Notes: generated from the letters alone by a model not told the origin. A stretch of 64,000 nt of DNA from an uncultured Chloroflexia bacterium (GCA_963712745.1 CAVQJC010000006.1:256001-320000); one strand, 5' to 3'; numbered from the stretch's first letter, positions 1 to 9,900 are shown. Translations and numbers: made by a program.

Positions 1-1
1 G

Positions 2-3000
2 TGTGACGATCTCGGCCACCGTCAGATCGGCGGCCTCGATGGCAGCCACGGCATCGGCCTCGGAGAGATCGCGTACGACAGGGACGATGGTGTTGGGTGT
101 CACGCCCAGGCTCACGACGTAGTCGACGGCCGAGCCGACGGCGGCATCGCTGCCGGCGGCGGGGTCCTGGCTGATGACGTCGCCGGCCGCGACGGTGTCG
201 CTGTAGTCGTCGCTGACGGTGCCACGGCTGAGACGAGCATCCGTGAGCTTCTGGTCGGCCTCGTCGGCCGGACCGGTGAGATCGGGGACCGCCACCATCT
301 CGACGCCGCGACTCACGACGTAGCTGACGGTGGAGCCGACATCGACGGTCGAGCCGGCGGCGGGGTCCTGGCTGATGACGTCGCCGGCCGCGACGGTGTC
401 GCTGTAGTCACTGGACGCGCTCTCGGCCACCAGCTCGACGGCCACAAGCGCATCGACTGCACCCGCCTCGGACATGCCGGCGAGGTCAGGCACATCGACC
501 TGCCTGGGGCCACTGCTGATGGTGAGAACGACAGCCGAGCCCTTGTCGATGGTCTCACCGGCGGCGGGCGCGGTCTTCACCGCGGCGCCGGCCGGAACGA
601 CGTCGTTGTTACGCTGCCGGACCTCACCCACGGCGAGGCCGGACTCCTCGATGGCAGCCACGGCGGCGGTCTCGGAGAGATCGCGTACGGCGGGCACCTC
701 GACCTGCTCGAGGCCCAGGCTCACGACGTAGTCGACGGCCGAGCCGACGGCGGCATCGCTGCCGGCGGCGGGGTCCTGGCTGATGACGTCGCCGGCCGCG
801 ACGGTGTCGCTGTAGTCGTCGCTGACGGTGCCACGGCTGAGACGAGCATCCGTGAGCTTCTGGTCGGCCTCGTCGGCCGGACCGGTGAGATCGGGGACCG
901 CCACCATCTCGACGCCGCGACTCACGACGTAGCTGACGGTGGAGCCGACATCGACGGTCGAGCCGGCGGCGGGGTCCTGGCTGATGACGTCGCCGGCCGC
1001 GACGGTGTCGCTGTAGTCACTGGACGCGGCGCCGACGAGGTCAGCGTCGCTGAGCTTCTGGTCGGCCTCGTCGGCCGGACCGGTGAGATCGGGGACCTCG
1101 GTCTGGGGTAGCGGGATCGCGATCGAGAGGCTGACGCTCGAGCCGACCGCGACGGAGGCCCCGGCGGCGGGATCCTGGTCGAGGACGGTATCGGGAGCGA
1201 CGTCGCCGGTCTCGACCGGCACGGTCTGGAGCACGAGGCCCGCCGTATCGACGGCAGCCTCAGCCTCGCCAAGCGGCATGCCCACGAGCTCGGGCACCTC
1301 GACCTGCTCGAGGCCCAGGCTCACGACGTAGTCGACGGCCGAGCCGACGGCGGCATCGCTGCCGGCGACGGGGTCCTGGCTGATGACGTCGCCGGCCGCG
1401 ACGGTGTCGCTGTAGTCGTCGCTGACGGTGCCACGGCTGAGACGAGCATCCGTGAGCTTCTGGTCGGCCTCGTCGGCCGGACCGGTGAGATCGGGGACCG
1501 CCACCATCTCGACGCCGCGACTCACGACGTAGCTGACGGTGGAGCCGACATCGACGGTCGAGCCGGCGGCGGGGTCCTGGCTGATGACGTCGCCGGCCGC
1601 GACGGTGTCGCTGTAGTCACTGGACGCGGCGCCGACGAGGTCAGCGTCGCTGAGCTTCTGGTCGGCCTCGTCGGCCGGACCGGTGAGATCGGGGACCTCG
1701 GTCTGGGGTAGCGGGATCGCGATCGAGAGGCTGACGCTCGAGCCGACCGCGACGGAGGCCCCGGCGGCGGGATCCTGGTCGAGGACGGTATCGGGAGCGA
1801 CGTCGCCGGTCTCGACCGGCACGGTCTGGAGCACGAGGCCCGCCGTATCGACGGCAGCCTCAGCCTCGCCAAGCGGCATGCCCACGAGCTCGGGCACCTC
1901 GACCTGCTCGAGGCCCAGGCTCACGACGTAGTCGACGGCCGAGCCGACGGCGGCATCGCTGCCGGCCGACGGGTCCTGGCTGATGACGTCGCCGGCCGCG
2001 ACGGTGTCGCTGTAGTCGTCGCTGACGGTGCCACGGCTGAGACGAGCATCCGTGAGCTTCTGGTCGGCCTCGTCGGCCGGACCGGTGAGATCGGGGACCG
2101 CCACCATCTCGACGCCGCGACTCACGACGTAGCTGACGGTGGAGCCGACATCGACGGTCGAGCCGGCGGCGGGGTCCTGGCTGATGACGTCGCCGGCCGC
2201 GACGGTGTCGCTGTAGTCACTGGACGCGGCGCCGACGAGGTCAGCGTCGCTGAGCTTCTGGTCGGCCTCGTCGGCCGGACCGGTGAGATCGGGGACCTCG
2301 GTCTGGGGTAGCGGGATCGCGATCGAGAGGCTGACGCTCGAGCCGACCGCGACGGAGGCCCCGGCGGCGGGATCCTGGTCGAGGACGGTATCGGGAGCGA
2401 CGTCGCCGGTCTCGACCGGCACGGTCTGGAGCACGAGGCCCGCCGTATCGACGGCAGCCTCAGCCTCGCCAAGCGGCATGCCCACGAGCTCGGGCACCTC
2501 GACCTGCTCGAGGCCCAGGCTCACGACGTAGTCGACGGCCGAGCCGACGGCGGCATCGCTGCCGGCCGACGGGTCCTGGCTGATGACGTCGCCGGCCGCG
2601 ACGGTGTCGCTGTAGTCGTCGCTGACGGTGCCACGGCTGAGACGAGCATCCGTGAGCTTCTGGTCGGCCTCGTCGGCCGGACCGGTGAGATCGGGGACCG
2701 CCACCATCTCGACGCCGCGACTCACGACGTAGCTGACGGTGGAGCCGACATCGACGGTCGAGCCGGCGGCGGGGTCCTGGCTGATGACGTCGCCGGCCGC
2801 GACGGTGTCGCTGTAGTCACTGGACGCGGCGCCGACGAGGTCAGCGTCGCTGAGCTTCTGGTCGGCCTCGTCGGCCGGACCGGTGAGATCGGGGACCTCG
2901 GTCTGGGGTAGCGGGATCGCGATCGAGAGGCTGACGCTCGAGCCGACCGCGACGGAGGCCCCGGCGGCGGGATCCTGGTCGAGGACGGTATCGGGAGCGA

Positions 3001-6000
3001 CGTCGCCGGTCTCGACCGGCACGGTCTGGAGCACGAGGCCCGCCGTATCGACGGCAGCCTCAGCCTCGCCAAGCGGCATGCCCACGAGCTCGGGCACCTC
3101 GACCTGCTCGAGGCCCAGGCTCACGACGTAGTCGACGGCCGAGCCGACGGCGGCATCGCTGCCGGCCGACGGGTCCTGGCTGATGACGTCGCCGGCCGCG
3201 ACGGTGTCGCTGTAGTCGTCGCTGACGGTGCCACGGCTGAGACGAGCATCCGTGAGCTTCTGGTCGGCCTCGTCGGCCGGACCGGTGAGATCGGGGACCG
3301 CCACCATCTCGACGCCGCGACTCACGACGTAGCTGACGGTGGAGCCGACATCGACGGTCGAGCCGGCGGCGGGGTCCTGGCTGATGACGTCGCCGGCCGC
3401 GACGGTGTCGCTGTAGTCACTGGACGCGGCGCCGACGAGGTCAGCGTCGCTGAGCTTCTGGTCGGCCTCGTCGGCCGGACCGGTGAGATCGGGGACCTCG
3501 GTCTGAACCGGAGGAACGGCGATGGTCAGCTCGATGGTGGAGCCGACATAGATCGGAGTTCCCGCCTCCGGCCGTTGCGCCAGCACGGTACCCGGCTCTG
3601 ACTCGAATTCCTCGACTGGGTCGGTGACCACGATGACACCGACGCGCTCGGCTTCCGTCTGTGCCTCTTCGAGGGACATGCCCACGAAGTCAGGGGCATC
3701 CACGGGGGCGGGCCCGCTGGAGAGGACGTAGTCGACCGCACTGCCGGGGTCGACCTCGGTGTCGGCGGCCGGATCGGAACTCACGACGTTGCCCGCCACG
3801 ATGGTGTCGTGGTGGGCCTCGGTCACGTCACCGGCGATGAGGCCGGCGGCGGTGAGCTCGCTGATGGCGTCGGCCTCGGGCCGGTCGACGATGTCGGGCA
3901 CGGCCACGGGGGCGGGCCCGCTGGAGAGGACGTAGTCGACCGCACTGCCGGGGTCGACCTCGGTGTCGGCGGCCGGATCGGAACTCACGACGTTGCCCGC
4001 CACGATGGTGTCGTGGTGGGCCTCGGTCACGTCACCGGCGATGAGGCCGGCGGCGGTGAGCTCGCTGATGGCGTCGGCCTCGGGCCGGTCGACGATGTCG
4101 GGCACGGCCACGGGGGCGGGCCCGCTGGAGAGGACGTAGTCGACCGCACTGCCGGGGTCGACCTCGGTGTCGGCGGCCGGATCGGAACTCACGACGTTGC
4201 CCGCCACGATGGTGTCGTGGTGGGCCTCGGTCACGTCACCGGCGATGAGGCCGGCGGCGGTGAGCTCGCTGATGGCGTCGGCCTCGGGCCGGTCGACGAT
4301 GTCGGGCACGGCCACGGGGGCGGGCCCGCTGGAGAGGACGTAGTCGACCGCACTGCCGGGGTCGACCTCGGTGTCGGCGGCCGGATCGGAACTCACGACG
4401 TTGCCCGCCACGATGGTGTCGTGGTGGGCCTCGGTCACGTCACCGGCGATGAGGCCGGCGGCGGTGAGCTCGCTGATGGCGTCGGCCTCGGGCCGGTCGA
4501 CGATGTCGGGCACGGCCACGGGGGCGGGCCCGCTGGAGAGGACGTAGTCGACCGCACTGCCGGGGTCGACCTCGGTGTCGGCGGCCGGATCGGAACTCAC
4601 GACGTTGCCCGCCACGATGGTGTCGTGGTGGGCCTCGGTCACGTCACCGGCGATGAGGCCGGCGGCGGTGAGCTCGCTGATGGCGTCGGCCTCGGGCCGG
4701 TCGACGATGTCGGGCACGGCCACGGGGGCGGGCCCGCTGGAGAGGACGTAGTCGACCGCACTGCCGGGGTCGACCTCGGTGTCGGCGGCCGGATCGGAAC
4801 TCACGACGTTGCCCGCCACGATGGTGTCGTGGTGGGCCTCGGTCACGTCACCGGCGATGAGGCCGGCGGCGGTGAGCTCGCTGATGGCGTCGGCCTCGGG
4901 CCGGTCGACGATGTCGGGCACGGCCACGGGGGCGGGCCCGCTGGAGAGGACGTAGTCGACCGCACTGCCGGGGTCGACCTCGGTGTCGGCGGCCGGATCG
5001 GAACTCACGACGTTGCCCGCCACGATGGTGTCGTGGTGGGCCTCGGTCACGTCACCGGCGATGAGGCCGGCGGCGGTGAGCTCGCTGATGGCGTCGGCCT
5101 CGGGCCGGTCGACGATGTCGGGCACGGCCACGGGGGCGGGCCCGCTGGAGAGGACGTAGTCGACCGCACTGCCGGGGTCGACCTCGGTGTCGGCGGCCGG
5201 ATCGGAACTCACGACGTTGCCCGCCACGATGGTGTCGTGGTGGGCCTCGGTCACGTCACCGGCGATGAGGCCGGCGGCGGTGAGCTCGCTGATGGCGTCG
5301 GCCTCGGGCCGGTCGACGATGTCGGGCACGGCCACGGGGGCGGGCCCGCTGGAGAGGACGAGATCGATCCTGCTGCCGGCAGCTAGCTCGGAATCGACCT
5401 CGGGCTCCGTGCGGATGACGTTCCCGGCCTCGATCTCGTCGCTCGTTTCCTCGGTGATGTCGCCGACCGCGAAGCCGGCGTCCTCGATGGCCTCGATAGC
5501 CTCATCTCTCGAGAGGTCCACGACGTCGGGAACCGGGCTGGTAGGCACCGGCCGCGCCACGGCCAACTCGACGGTCGAGCCAGTCTCGACAGCTTCGCCA
5601 GGCGCGGGATCCTGGCTGAGCACCGTGCCGGATTCGACCTCGTCGGTCTGCACCGGGTTGACGCGGACGACGAGTCCGTAGTCGGCAGCTTCGGCTTCGG
5701 CTTCGTCCAGCGACATACCGCGGAAATTGGGCGTATCCACTGTCGGGATGGCTGATGGGCTCTCGCTGGGAATCTCGGTGACGACCGGCGATGGCGACAG
5801 CGACGTATCGACGTCGGTGGGGCTATCGAATGGGCGGAAGAGGATGAGCACGATGGCCAGCGCCACGATGAAGGCGCCCACGAGGATCGCACCGACGAGC
5901 AGGACGGGAGTGCCTTCGTCGGGCGGCTCGCCCCCTTCGCCGGGCGGTGGTGTCGGCGGTGCCTCGGGCGGCTCGAGAGTGACCTCGGGCTTGGCTGCAA

Positions 6001-6379
6001 GCGCAGCCAGGGCAGCCTCGGTGGCCTCGGGATCAGGCGCGACCGGGGTCGTGGTCCAGGCAGCTCCGGCAGCAGCGGCGTCGGCTGCCTCCGCCTCGGT
6101 CTCAACGACCGCCCCATCGGCGGCGTCGGCATCCTCAGCGGCGGTCTGCTCGGCTTCGTCCTCGTCGGAGACTTCGGCGCCTGCGTCGGCCGCACCGTCG
6201 GCCGTGGCTTCGGCGTCGATGGACTGCTCGGCCGCATCCTCGGCGGCGCCGGTGTCCTCGGTGCCCCCGGTGTCGGCGATGTCCTGGCCCGCATCCTCGG
6301 CCTGTTCTGCCGCAGGAGACGTTGATGCATCGTCGGGAGGCTGGGTCGTGTCGCCGGAATCCGGCTTCTGATCAGTCAT
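2..6379 (-). CDS. Giant membrane-anchored PASTA-repeat protein (>2126 aa, 3' end outside window; at least 28 PASTA domains)
   Basis: Hand translation from ATG 6379 (MTDQKPDSGD...) gives an acidic disordered N-terminus, one TM helix (about 5845-5910, VLLVGAILVGAFIVALAIVLILF), then tandem PASTA domains (VPDxxG...V.SQDPAAG.....V..VS.G). The frame matches at base 2 (...AIEAADLTVAEIVT). Missing from the ORF track because the stop is outside the window. Confidence 0.9.
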   Translation of the reverse strand, partial: MTDQKPDSGDTTQPPDDASTSPAAEQAEDAGQDIADTGGTEDTGAAEDAAEQSIDAEATADGAADAGAEVSDEDEAEQTAAEDADAADGAVVETEAEAADAAAAGAAWTTTPVAPDPEATEAALAALAAKPEVTLEPPEAPPTPPPGEGGEPPDEGTPVLLVGAILVGAFIVALAIVLILFRPFDSPTDVDTSLSPSPVVTEIPSESPSAIPTVDTPNFRGMSLDEAEAEAADYGLVVRVNPVQTDEVESGTVLSQDPAPGEAVETGSTVELAVARPVPTSPVPDVVDLSRDEAIEAIEDAGFAVGDITEETSDEIEAGNVIRTEPEVDSELAAGSRIDLVLSSGPAPVAVPDIVDRPEADAISELTAAGLIAGDVTEAHHDTIVAGNVVSSDPAADTEVDPGSAVDYVLSSGPAPVAVPDIVDRPEADAISELTAAGLIAGDVTEAHHDTIVAGNVVSSDPAADTEVDPGSAVDYVLSSGPAPVAVPDIVDRPEADAISELTAAGLIAGDVTEAHHDTIVAGNVVSSDPAADTEVDPGSAVDYVLSSGPAPVAVPDIVDRPEADAISELTAAGLIAGDVTEAHHDTIVAGNVVSSDPAADTEVDPGSAVDYVLSSGPAPVAVPDIVDRPEADAISELTAAGLIAGDVTEAHHDTIVAGNVVSSDPAADTEVDPGSAVDYVLSSGPAPVAVPDIVDRPEADAISELTAAGLIAGDVTEAHHDTIVAGNVVSSDPAADTEVDPGSAVDYVLSSGPAPVAVPDIVDRPEADAISELTAAGLIAGDVTEAHHDTIVAGNVVSSDPAADTEVDPGSAVDYVLSSGPAPVAVPDIVDRPEADAISELTAAGLIAGDVTEAHHDTIVAGNVVSSDPAADTEVDPGSAVDYVLSSGPAPVDAPDFVGMSLEEAQTEAERVGVIVVTDPVEEFESEPGTVLAQRPEAGTPIYVGSTIELTIAVPPVQTEVPDLTGPADEADQKLSDADLVGAASSDYSDTVAAGDVISQDPAAGSTVDVGSTVSYVVSRGVEMVAVPDLTGPADEADQKLTDARLSRGTVSDDYSDTVAAGDVISQDPSAGSDAAVGSAVDYVVSLGLEQVEVPELVGMPLGEAEAAVDTAGLVLQTVPVETGDVAPDTVLDQDPAAGASVAVGSSVSLSIAIPLPQTEVPDLTGPADEADQKLSDADLVGAASSDYSDTVAAGDVISQDPAAGSTVDVGSTVSYVVSRGVEMVAVPDLTGPADEADQKLTDARLSRGTVSDDYSDTVAAGDVISQDPSAGSDAAVGSAVDYVVSLGLEQVEVPELVGMPLGEAEAAVDTAGLVLQTVPVETGDVAPDTVLDQDPAAGASVAVGSSVSLSIAIPLPQTEVPDLTGPADEADQKLSDADLVGAASSDYSDTVAAGDVISQDPAAGSTVDVGSTVSYVVSRGVEMVAVPDLTGPADEADQKLTDARLSRGTVSDDYSDTVAAGDVISQDPSAGSDAAVGSAVDYVVSLGLEQVEVPELVGMPLGEAEAAVDTAGLVLQTVPVETGDVAPDTVLDQDPAAGASVAVGSSVSLSIAIPLPQTEVPDLTGPADEADQKLSDADLVGAASSDYSDTVAAGDVISQDPAAGSTVDVGSTVSYVVSRGVEMVAVPDLTGPADEADQKLTDARLSRGTVSDDYSDTVAAGDVISQDPVAGSDAAVGSAVDYVVSLGLEQVEVPELVGMPLGEAEAAVDTAGLVLQTVPVETGDVAPDTVLDQDPAAGASVAVGSSVSLSIAIPLPQTEVPDLTGPADEADQKLSDADLVGAASSDYSDTVAAGDVISQDPAAGSTVDVGSTVSYVVSRGVEMVAVPDLTGPADEADQKLTDARLSRGTVSDDYSDTVAAGDVISQDPAAGSDAAVGSAVDYVVSLGLEQVEVPAVRDLSETAAVAAIEESGLAVGEVRQRNNDVVPAGAAVKTAPAAGETIDKGSAVVLTISSGPRQVDVPDLAGMSEAGAVDALVAVELVAESASSDYSDTVAAGDVISQDPAAGSTVDVGSTVSYVVSRGVEMVAVPDLTGPADEADQKLTDARLSRGTVSDDYSDTVAAGDVISQDPAAGSDAAVGSAVDYVVSLGVTPNTIVPVVRDLSEADAVAAIEAADLTVAEIVT
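692..3505. repeat. 600-bp tandem repeat, about 4.7 copies (three-PASTA unit of 200 aa)
   Basis: Lines at 721, 1321, 1921, 2521 and 3121 are identical except for one site (QDPAAG / QDPVAG / QDPSAG). A partial related copy lies at about 105-420. Confidence 0.95.
3705..5360. repeat. 204-bp tandem repeat, 8 apparently identical copies (one PASTA domain, 68 aa)
   Basis: agaggacg recurs at 3721, 3925, 4129 ... 5353 (period 204). Unit: VAVPDIVDRPEADAISELTAAGLIAGDVTEAHHDTIVAGNVVSSDPAADTEVDPGSAVDYVLSSGPAP. Confidence 0.95.
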
Positions 6380-6519
6380 GGCAGCCGGACCTTACGGGAC
6401 TGCGGCTCGCGCTGCGAGCACCTCAAGACGGCCAACCAGGCCAATCCCGACACAAGTGTCAGTTTCTTCATCGTCCGCCGCTCCGTGCTTCACTCGCTGG
6501 CGGCTCGCGATGTGAGTCG

Positions 6520-7860
6520 TCAGAGACCCAAGGCGTCCTCAAGGGCAGCCATCGTCCCCTCGCTGTCAGCCACCAGTACGAGTACTGGAGAGGATAGACC
6601 CCCTGCGACATCGGCATTCGCCGCCGAGTGCGCGCCTGGCAGGTCCTTCATGGCGTCGCGAGCGGCCTCGCGGAACTCCCCTTGGTCCTGCTTGGTATCC
6701 CAGTCCGTCTGCCAGACCACGGCCCATGCTCCGTCAGGCCCATCGAGACTCACGAGGCGGTCGCCACCCCATCCCGCCGCGTCCTGTGCACTTGGCAGCT
6801 GAGCGGGCAGCCCCGGGAACAGGGAACGTGCCTTGCGCCCGTCGGCCACCCACACGCCGATCTGCATCTCGCCCAGTGTCTGCTCGTAGCTGGTCGACCA
6901 GTCGGGGCCGAGTGCGGCGGCGACATCGGGCAGGTCGATCTCGACCGGCAACTCGCCTGGATACAGCTCCGGATGGAGGATCTGCTCGGTCGAGACCGGT
7001 TGAGCCTCCCACACGTCATCGACGGCCGCCCAATCGCCTCGGCCACGCATGGCCATGACGAAGGCGTATCCGTCGATGTACGGGAACTCCAGCTGGCGCT
7101 GGATGATGACGGGCATGCGTGCGAGCTTGCGGCTGTCCGTGTCTGTCAGCGCCTGGGCCGAGACCCTCAGAAGATCGACCAGGTTCAGCTCACGCGCGGA
7201 CCAGTCGTACATCAGCGCCGTGGCATCGCCCTCGATGAGTGCCTGCTGGGCGAGTATCGCGTCGGACCGGTCGAGGTCCATGATGCGACTGTCCTCGAGA
7301 TCCCACTCGGCATCCTGCAGTGCGTGGCCGTACTCGTGGGCCACCACGATCGACTCCAGTGCGCCGATCTTGTCGACGGGGCCGATCAGCGAGAAGGTCT
7401 TCTCACGCGGGTCGTAGAAGGCGAGGACCTGACTGTCATACACCTTGAGGATGAGTGTCTTGAGATCCTGGCCCGGATCCAGCAGGCCCAGGCGCGTCCA
7501 GGCCGCGTCTTCAGCGGCAAGGTACTCGTCCGGGTACTCCTCGCTGAATAGGTCCTCAAGCTCAGCCAGGAAGGTCTCGTCGTCGATGACGCGGTAGGAG
7601 ACGCCCTCGGCCGGCGGCAGCCCGCGCACAGGATGCACGCTCTCGATGACCTCCCCGACCTTCTTGACCATCTTCCTGTCGAAGCCCTCGGGCAACGGCG
7701 TGGGCTCGGCGTCAGGGCTGGCTGGCGGCGAGGGCGAAGCATCCTGGCCGGCGACCGGGCCGATGCCGATCGCGGTCGCCAGCAGGGCCGGGAGCAACGC
7801 ATACGAGAGGACGCGGGCCACGCGGAGCCCGGGGAAGGCGTGACGATCGATGGGTGCCAT
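6520..7860 (-). CDS. Secreted/surface protein with HExxH zinc-metallopeptidase motif
   Basis: Signal peptide (LLPALLATAIGIGPVAG), AFYDP, VAHEYGHALQD, ALIEGDA, FPY.DG, STEQILHP and GWGGD motifs. Start chosen at ATG 7860. Confidence 0.75.
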   Translation of the reverse strand: MAPIDRHAFPGLRVARVLSYALLPALLATAIGIGPVAGQDASPSPPASPDAEPTPLPEGFDRKMVKKVGEVIESVHPVRGLPPAEGVSYRVIDDETFLAELEDLFSEEYPDEYLAAEDAAWTRLGLLDPGQDLKTLILKVYDSQVLAFYDPREKTFSLIGPVDKIGALESIVVAHEYGHALQDAEWDLEDSRIMDLDRSDAILAQQALIEGDATALMYDWSARELNLVDLLRVSAQALTDTDSRKLARMPVIIQRQLEFPYIDGYAFVMAMRGRGDWAAVDDVWEAQPVSTEQILHPELYPGELPVEIDLPDVAAALGPDWSTSYEQTLGEMQIGVWVADGRKARSLFPGLPAQLPSAQDAAGWGGDRLVSLDGPDGAWAVVWQTDWDTKQDQGEFREAARDAMKDLPGAHSAANADVAGGLSSPVLVLVADSEGTMAALEDALGL

Positions 7861-7995
7861 AGGGATGCATTCTGCCAGCACATCACCCCAGAGCCCAACC
7901 CGACCATCGGGCGGTTGCGACGAACCCCTACCAGATGTCCGTTTCTTCATCATTCGTGGTCTGGTGCCTTCACGCGCGCTGGGTAATGTTGTCGG

Positions 7996-8090
7996 CACGG
8001 AACCGCGAAGACAATTCTTCACAGTTCCCTCTCCCTCCCTCTTGGAACGAGGGGCGCTGATTGGGCAGGCGCCCCTCGTTCCTTCTTTGT
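7996..8090 (+). ncRNA. Candidate small RNA: hairpin, CU-rich anti-SD-like tract, intrinsic terminator
   Basis: -10-like TAATGT 7984-7989; hairpin GGAAC..GAAGA-CAAT-TCTTC..GTTCC 7999-8028; CTCTCCCTCCCTCTT 8029-8043; perfect 14-bp stem 8044-8057/8069-8082 followed by TTCTTTGT. Confidence 0.45.
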
Positions 8091-8135
8091 GTGCGCCATC
8101 GGTGGCAAGGCGGCACGTATGGCACCATCGGCGCC

Positions 8136-8822
8136 ATGGAGATCACCTGGTACGGCGGCTCATGTGTTCGTCTCAAGGGACGAGAAGGGGTCGTCGCCGC
8201 AGACCCGTTCCGGTCCATCGTGGGGCCCACGGGCCGCGGCCTCACGGCCGACATCGTCTCGTACGGCCACCCCGACGAGGCAGTCGTGTCCGGTCGTGGC
8301 AGCAAGGCCCAGGCAGGCGTCACCTCACGGCAGCTCGGTGTGTCTCTGCCGACGAGCCTCGAGAAGGCCTTCGTCCTCGACTCGCCCGGCGAGTACGAGG
8401 TCCACGATGTGATGACCACCGGGGTGCGTACGTTCCGCGACAACGAGCAGGGGGCCGTCCGCGGTATGGGCACGTCCTATGTCTACGAGCTCGACGGTGT
8501 GTACGCCGCACACCTGGGTGAGGTGGGCCACCTGCTCGATCAGGACACCATCCGTGAGATGGGCCACGTAGATCTGGTCCTCCTTGGCATCGGCCCACAG
8601 CTCTCCGCTGCCCACGCGGCGGAGGTCGTCGGTCAGTTGGATGCCCACCTGGTGGTGCCGTTGCCCCTCACCGAAGCCGCAGCGCGGCCGGAAGGTGACC
8701 TTGAGCGCTTCCTCAAGGAGATGAGCGCGACGGACCTGCAGCCCGTCCCCAGCCTGAAGGTGACGATCTCGTCAGTGCCCAACGAGACCGCGGTAGTCCT
8801 GCTGGAGCAACGCGGACGCTAG
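8136..8822 (+). CDS. MBL-fold protein (Lactamase_B_3-like) with degenerate metal ligands
   Basis: MEITWYGGSC..., DPF, PGEYEV and HLGE motifs. Confidence 0.8.
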   Translation: MEITWYGGSCVRLKGREGVVAADPFRSIVGPTGRGLTADIVSYGHPDEAVVSGRGSKAQAGVTSRQLGVSLPTSLEKAFVLDSPGEYEVHDVMTTGVRTFRDNEQGAVRGMGTSYVYELDGVYAAHLGEVGHLLDQDTIREMGHVDLVLLGIGPQLSAAHAAEVVGQLDAHLVVPLPLTEAAARPEGDLERFLKEMSATDLQPVPSLKVTISSVPNETAVVLLEQRGR

Positions 8823-8826
8823 TCAG

Positions 8827-9816
8827 TCACCCTGTCCGACCGCCGCCGCGCGCCTGGGCCAGGCGGACCTCCAGAGCCATGTCGGGGTCGAAGCGGCGGA
8901 TGCGCAGCCACGCAGCAGCTTCGCGCAGGCGCTGCTCGGCGGTGTGGAATGAAGCTGAGCCGATGTGGTCCGCCACGGCCACGAGGGCTGCGGCCGGCGC
9001 CAGCCCGATGAGCTCGGAATCGAGGATGCTCACCCGCTCTTCCGCGGCCAGTCGCTCGGCCTCTTCCCACACGCGCCACAGGGGGGTGCGTTCATGATCG
9101 AGGATGTTCAGCGATAGCTGGGCGCAACCCTGCGACGCGAGATCGATGCCCAGGGCCTGCACCGCCGGCAGGCCACCGTCTCGGGCGCGGATGCGTGTGG
9201 CGATGCGCCGTGCCAAGGCCACATCGGTGGTCGAGAGCTGGATGTTGAAGGCGATGAGGAACGGGCGGGCGCCGACCACGGTGGCACCTGCGGTCGGATG
9301 CGGGCGCGTCGGTCCGAAGTCAGGCTCGCCTCCTGCTTCGGCCATGGCCGCGCTCAGCCCTTCGAAGCCTGGGCGACGGATATCGGCGAGCACACGCCGG
9401 GCTGGTCTGCGGGCGGCCTGCGCGTAGAGGTACACCGGAAGCTCGAACCGTTCGGCGATGCGCTCAGCGAATGTGCGAGCGCCTTCGACGCACTGCTCCA
9501 TGGTCGTGTCGCCGAGCGGGACGAAGGGGATGACGTCGACGGCGCCCAGGCGAGGGTGCCGGCCCCGCTGTCGACGCATGTCGATGCGTTGGATGGCGGC
9601 CTCGAGGGCGGCCTCCACAGCAGCCATCACCCGCCCGGGGTAGCCAGCCACGGTGTAGACACTACGCCCGTGATCGCGGTCGGCGGTACGGTCCAGCAGC
9701 CAAGCGCCGGCATGGGCCTCGATGGCCGACGCGACAGCGTCGAGGGTGTCCCTGTCGGTGCCCTCGCTGACGTTCGGCACGCACTCGACGAAGCTATCCC
9801 TGGCCAGACCGTCCAT
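8827..9816 (-). CDS. ftcD: Glutamate formimidoyltransferase
   Basis: ECVPNVSEG, DRDHGRSV, HPRLGAVDVIPFVP, PVYLY, PDFGP, GARPFLIAFN motifs. Confidence 0.92.
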   Translation of the reverse strand: MDGLARDSFVECVPNVSEGTDRDTLDAVASAIEAHAGAWLLDRTADRDHGRSVYTVAGYPGRVMAAVEAALEAAIQRIDMRRQRGRHPRLGAVDVIPFVPLGDTTMEQCVEGARTFAERIAERFELPVYLYAQAARRPARRVLADIRRPGFEGLSAAMAEAGGEPDFGPTRPHPTAGATVVGARPFLIAFNIQLSTTDVALARRIATRIRARDGGLPAVQALGIDLASQGCAQLSLNILDHERTPLWRVWEEAERLAAEERVSILDSELIGLAPAAALVAVADHIGSASFHTAEQRLREAAAWLRIRRFDPDMALEVRLAQARGGGRTG

Positions 9817-9900
9817 GGTCGCGATGCTATCTCAGGCTGGCGTGGGCGTCGGGGGTGTCGGGGGCCAGTCGCGAGTGGTCAACGGGCCGGCACGGGTCGG

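Noticed and set aside
692-5360. Possible CRISPR array or mobile element in the tandem repeats
   Set aside because: Units are 204 and 600 bp, in-frame coding, with no unique spacers and no cas or transposase genes.
3809-5386. 525-aa Gly/Val/His-rich repeat ORF on the + strand, and the repeated 82/116-aa ORFs at 900-3100
   Set aside because: Shadow frames of the minus-strand PASTA gene.
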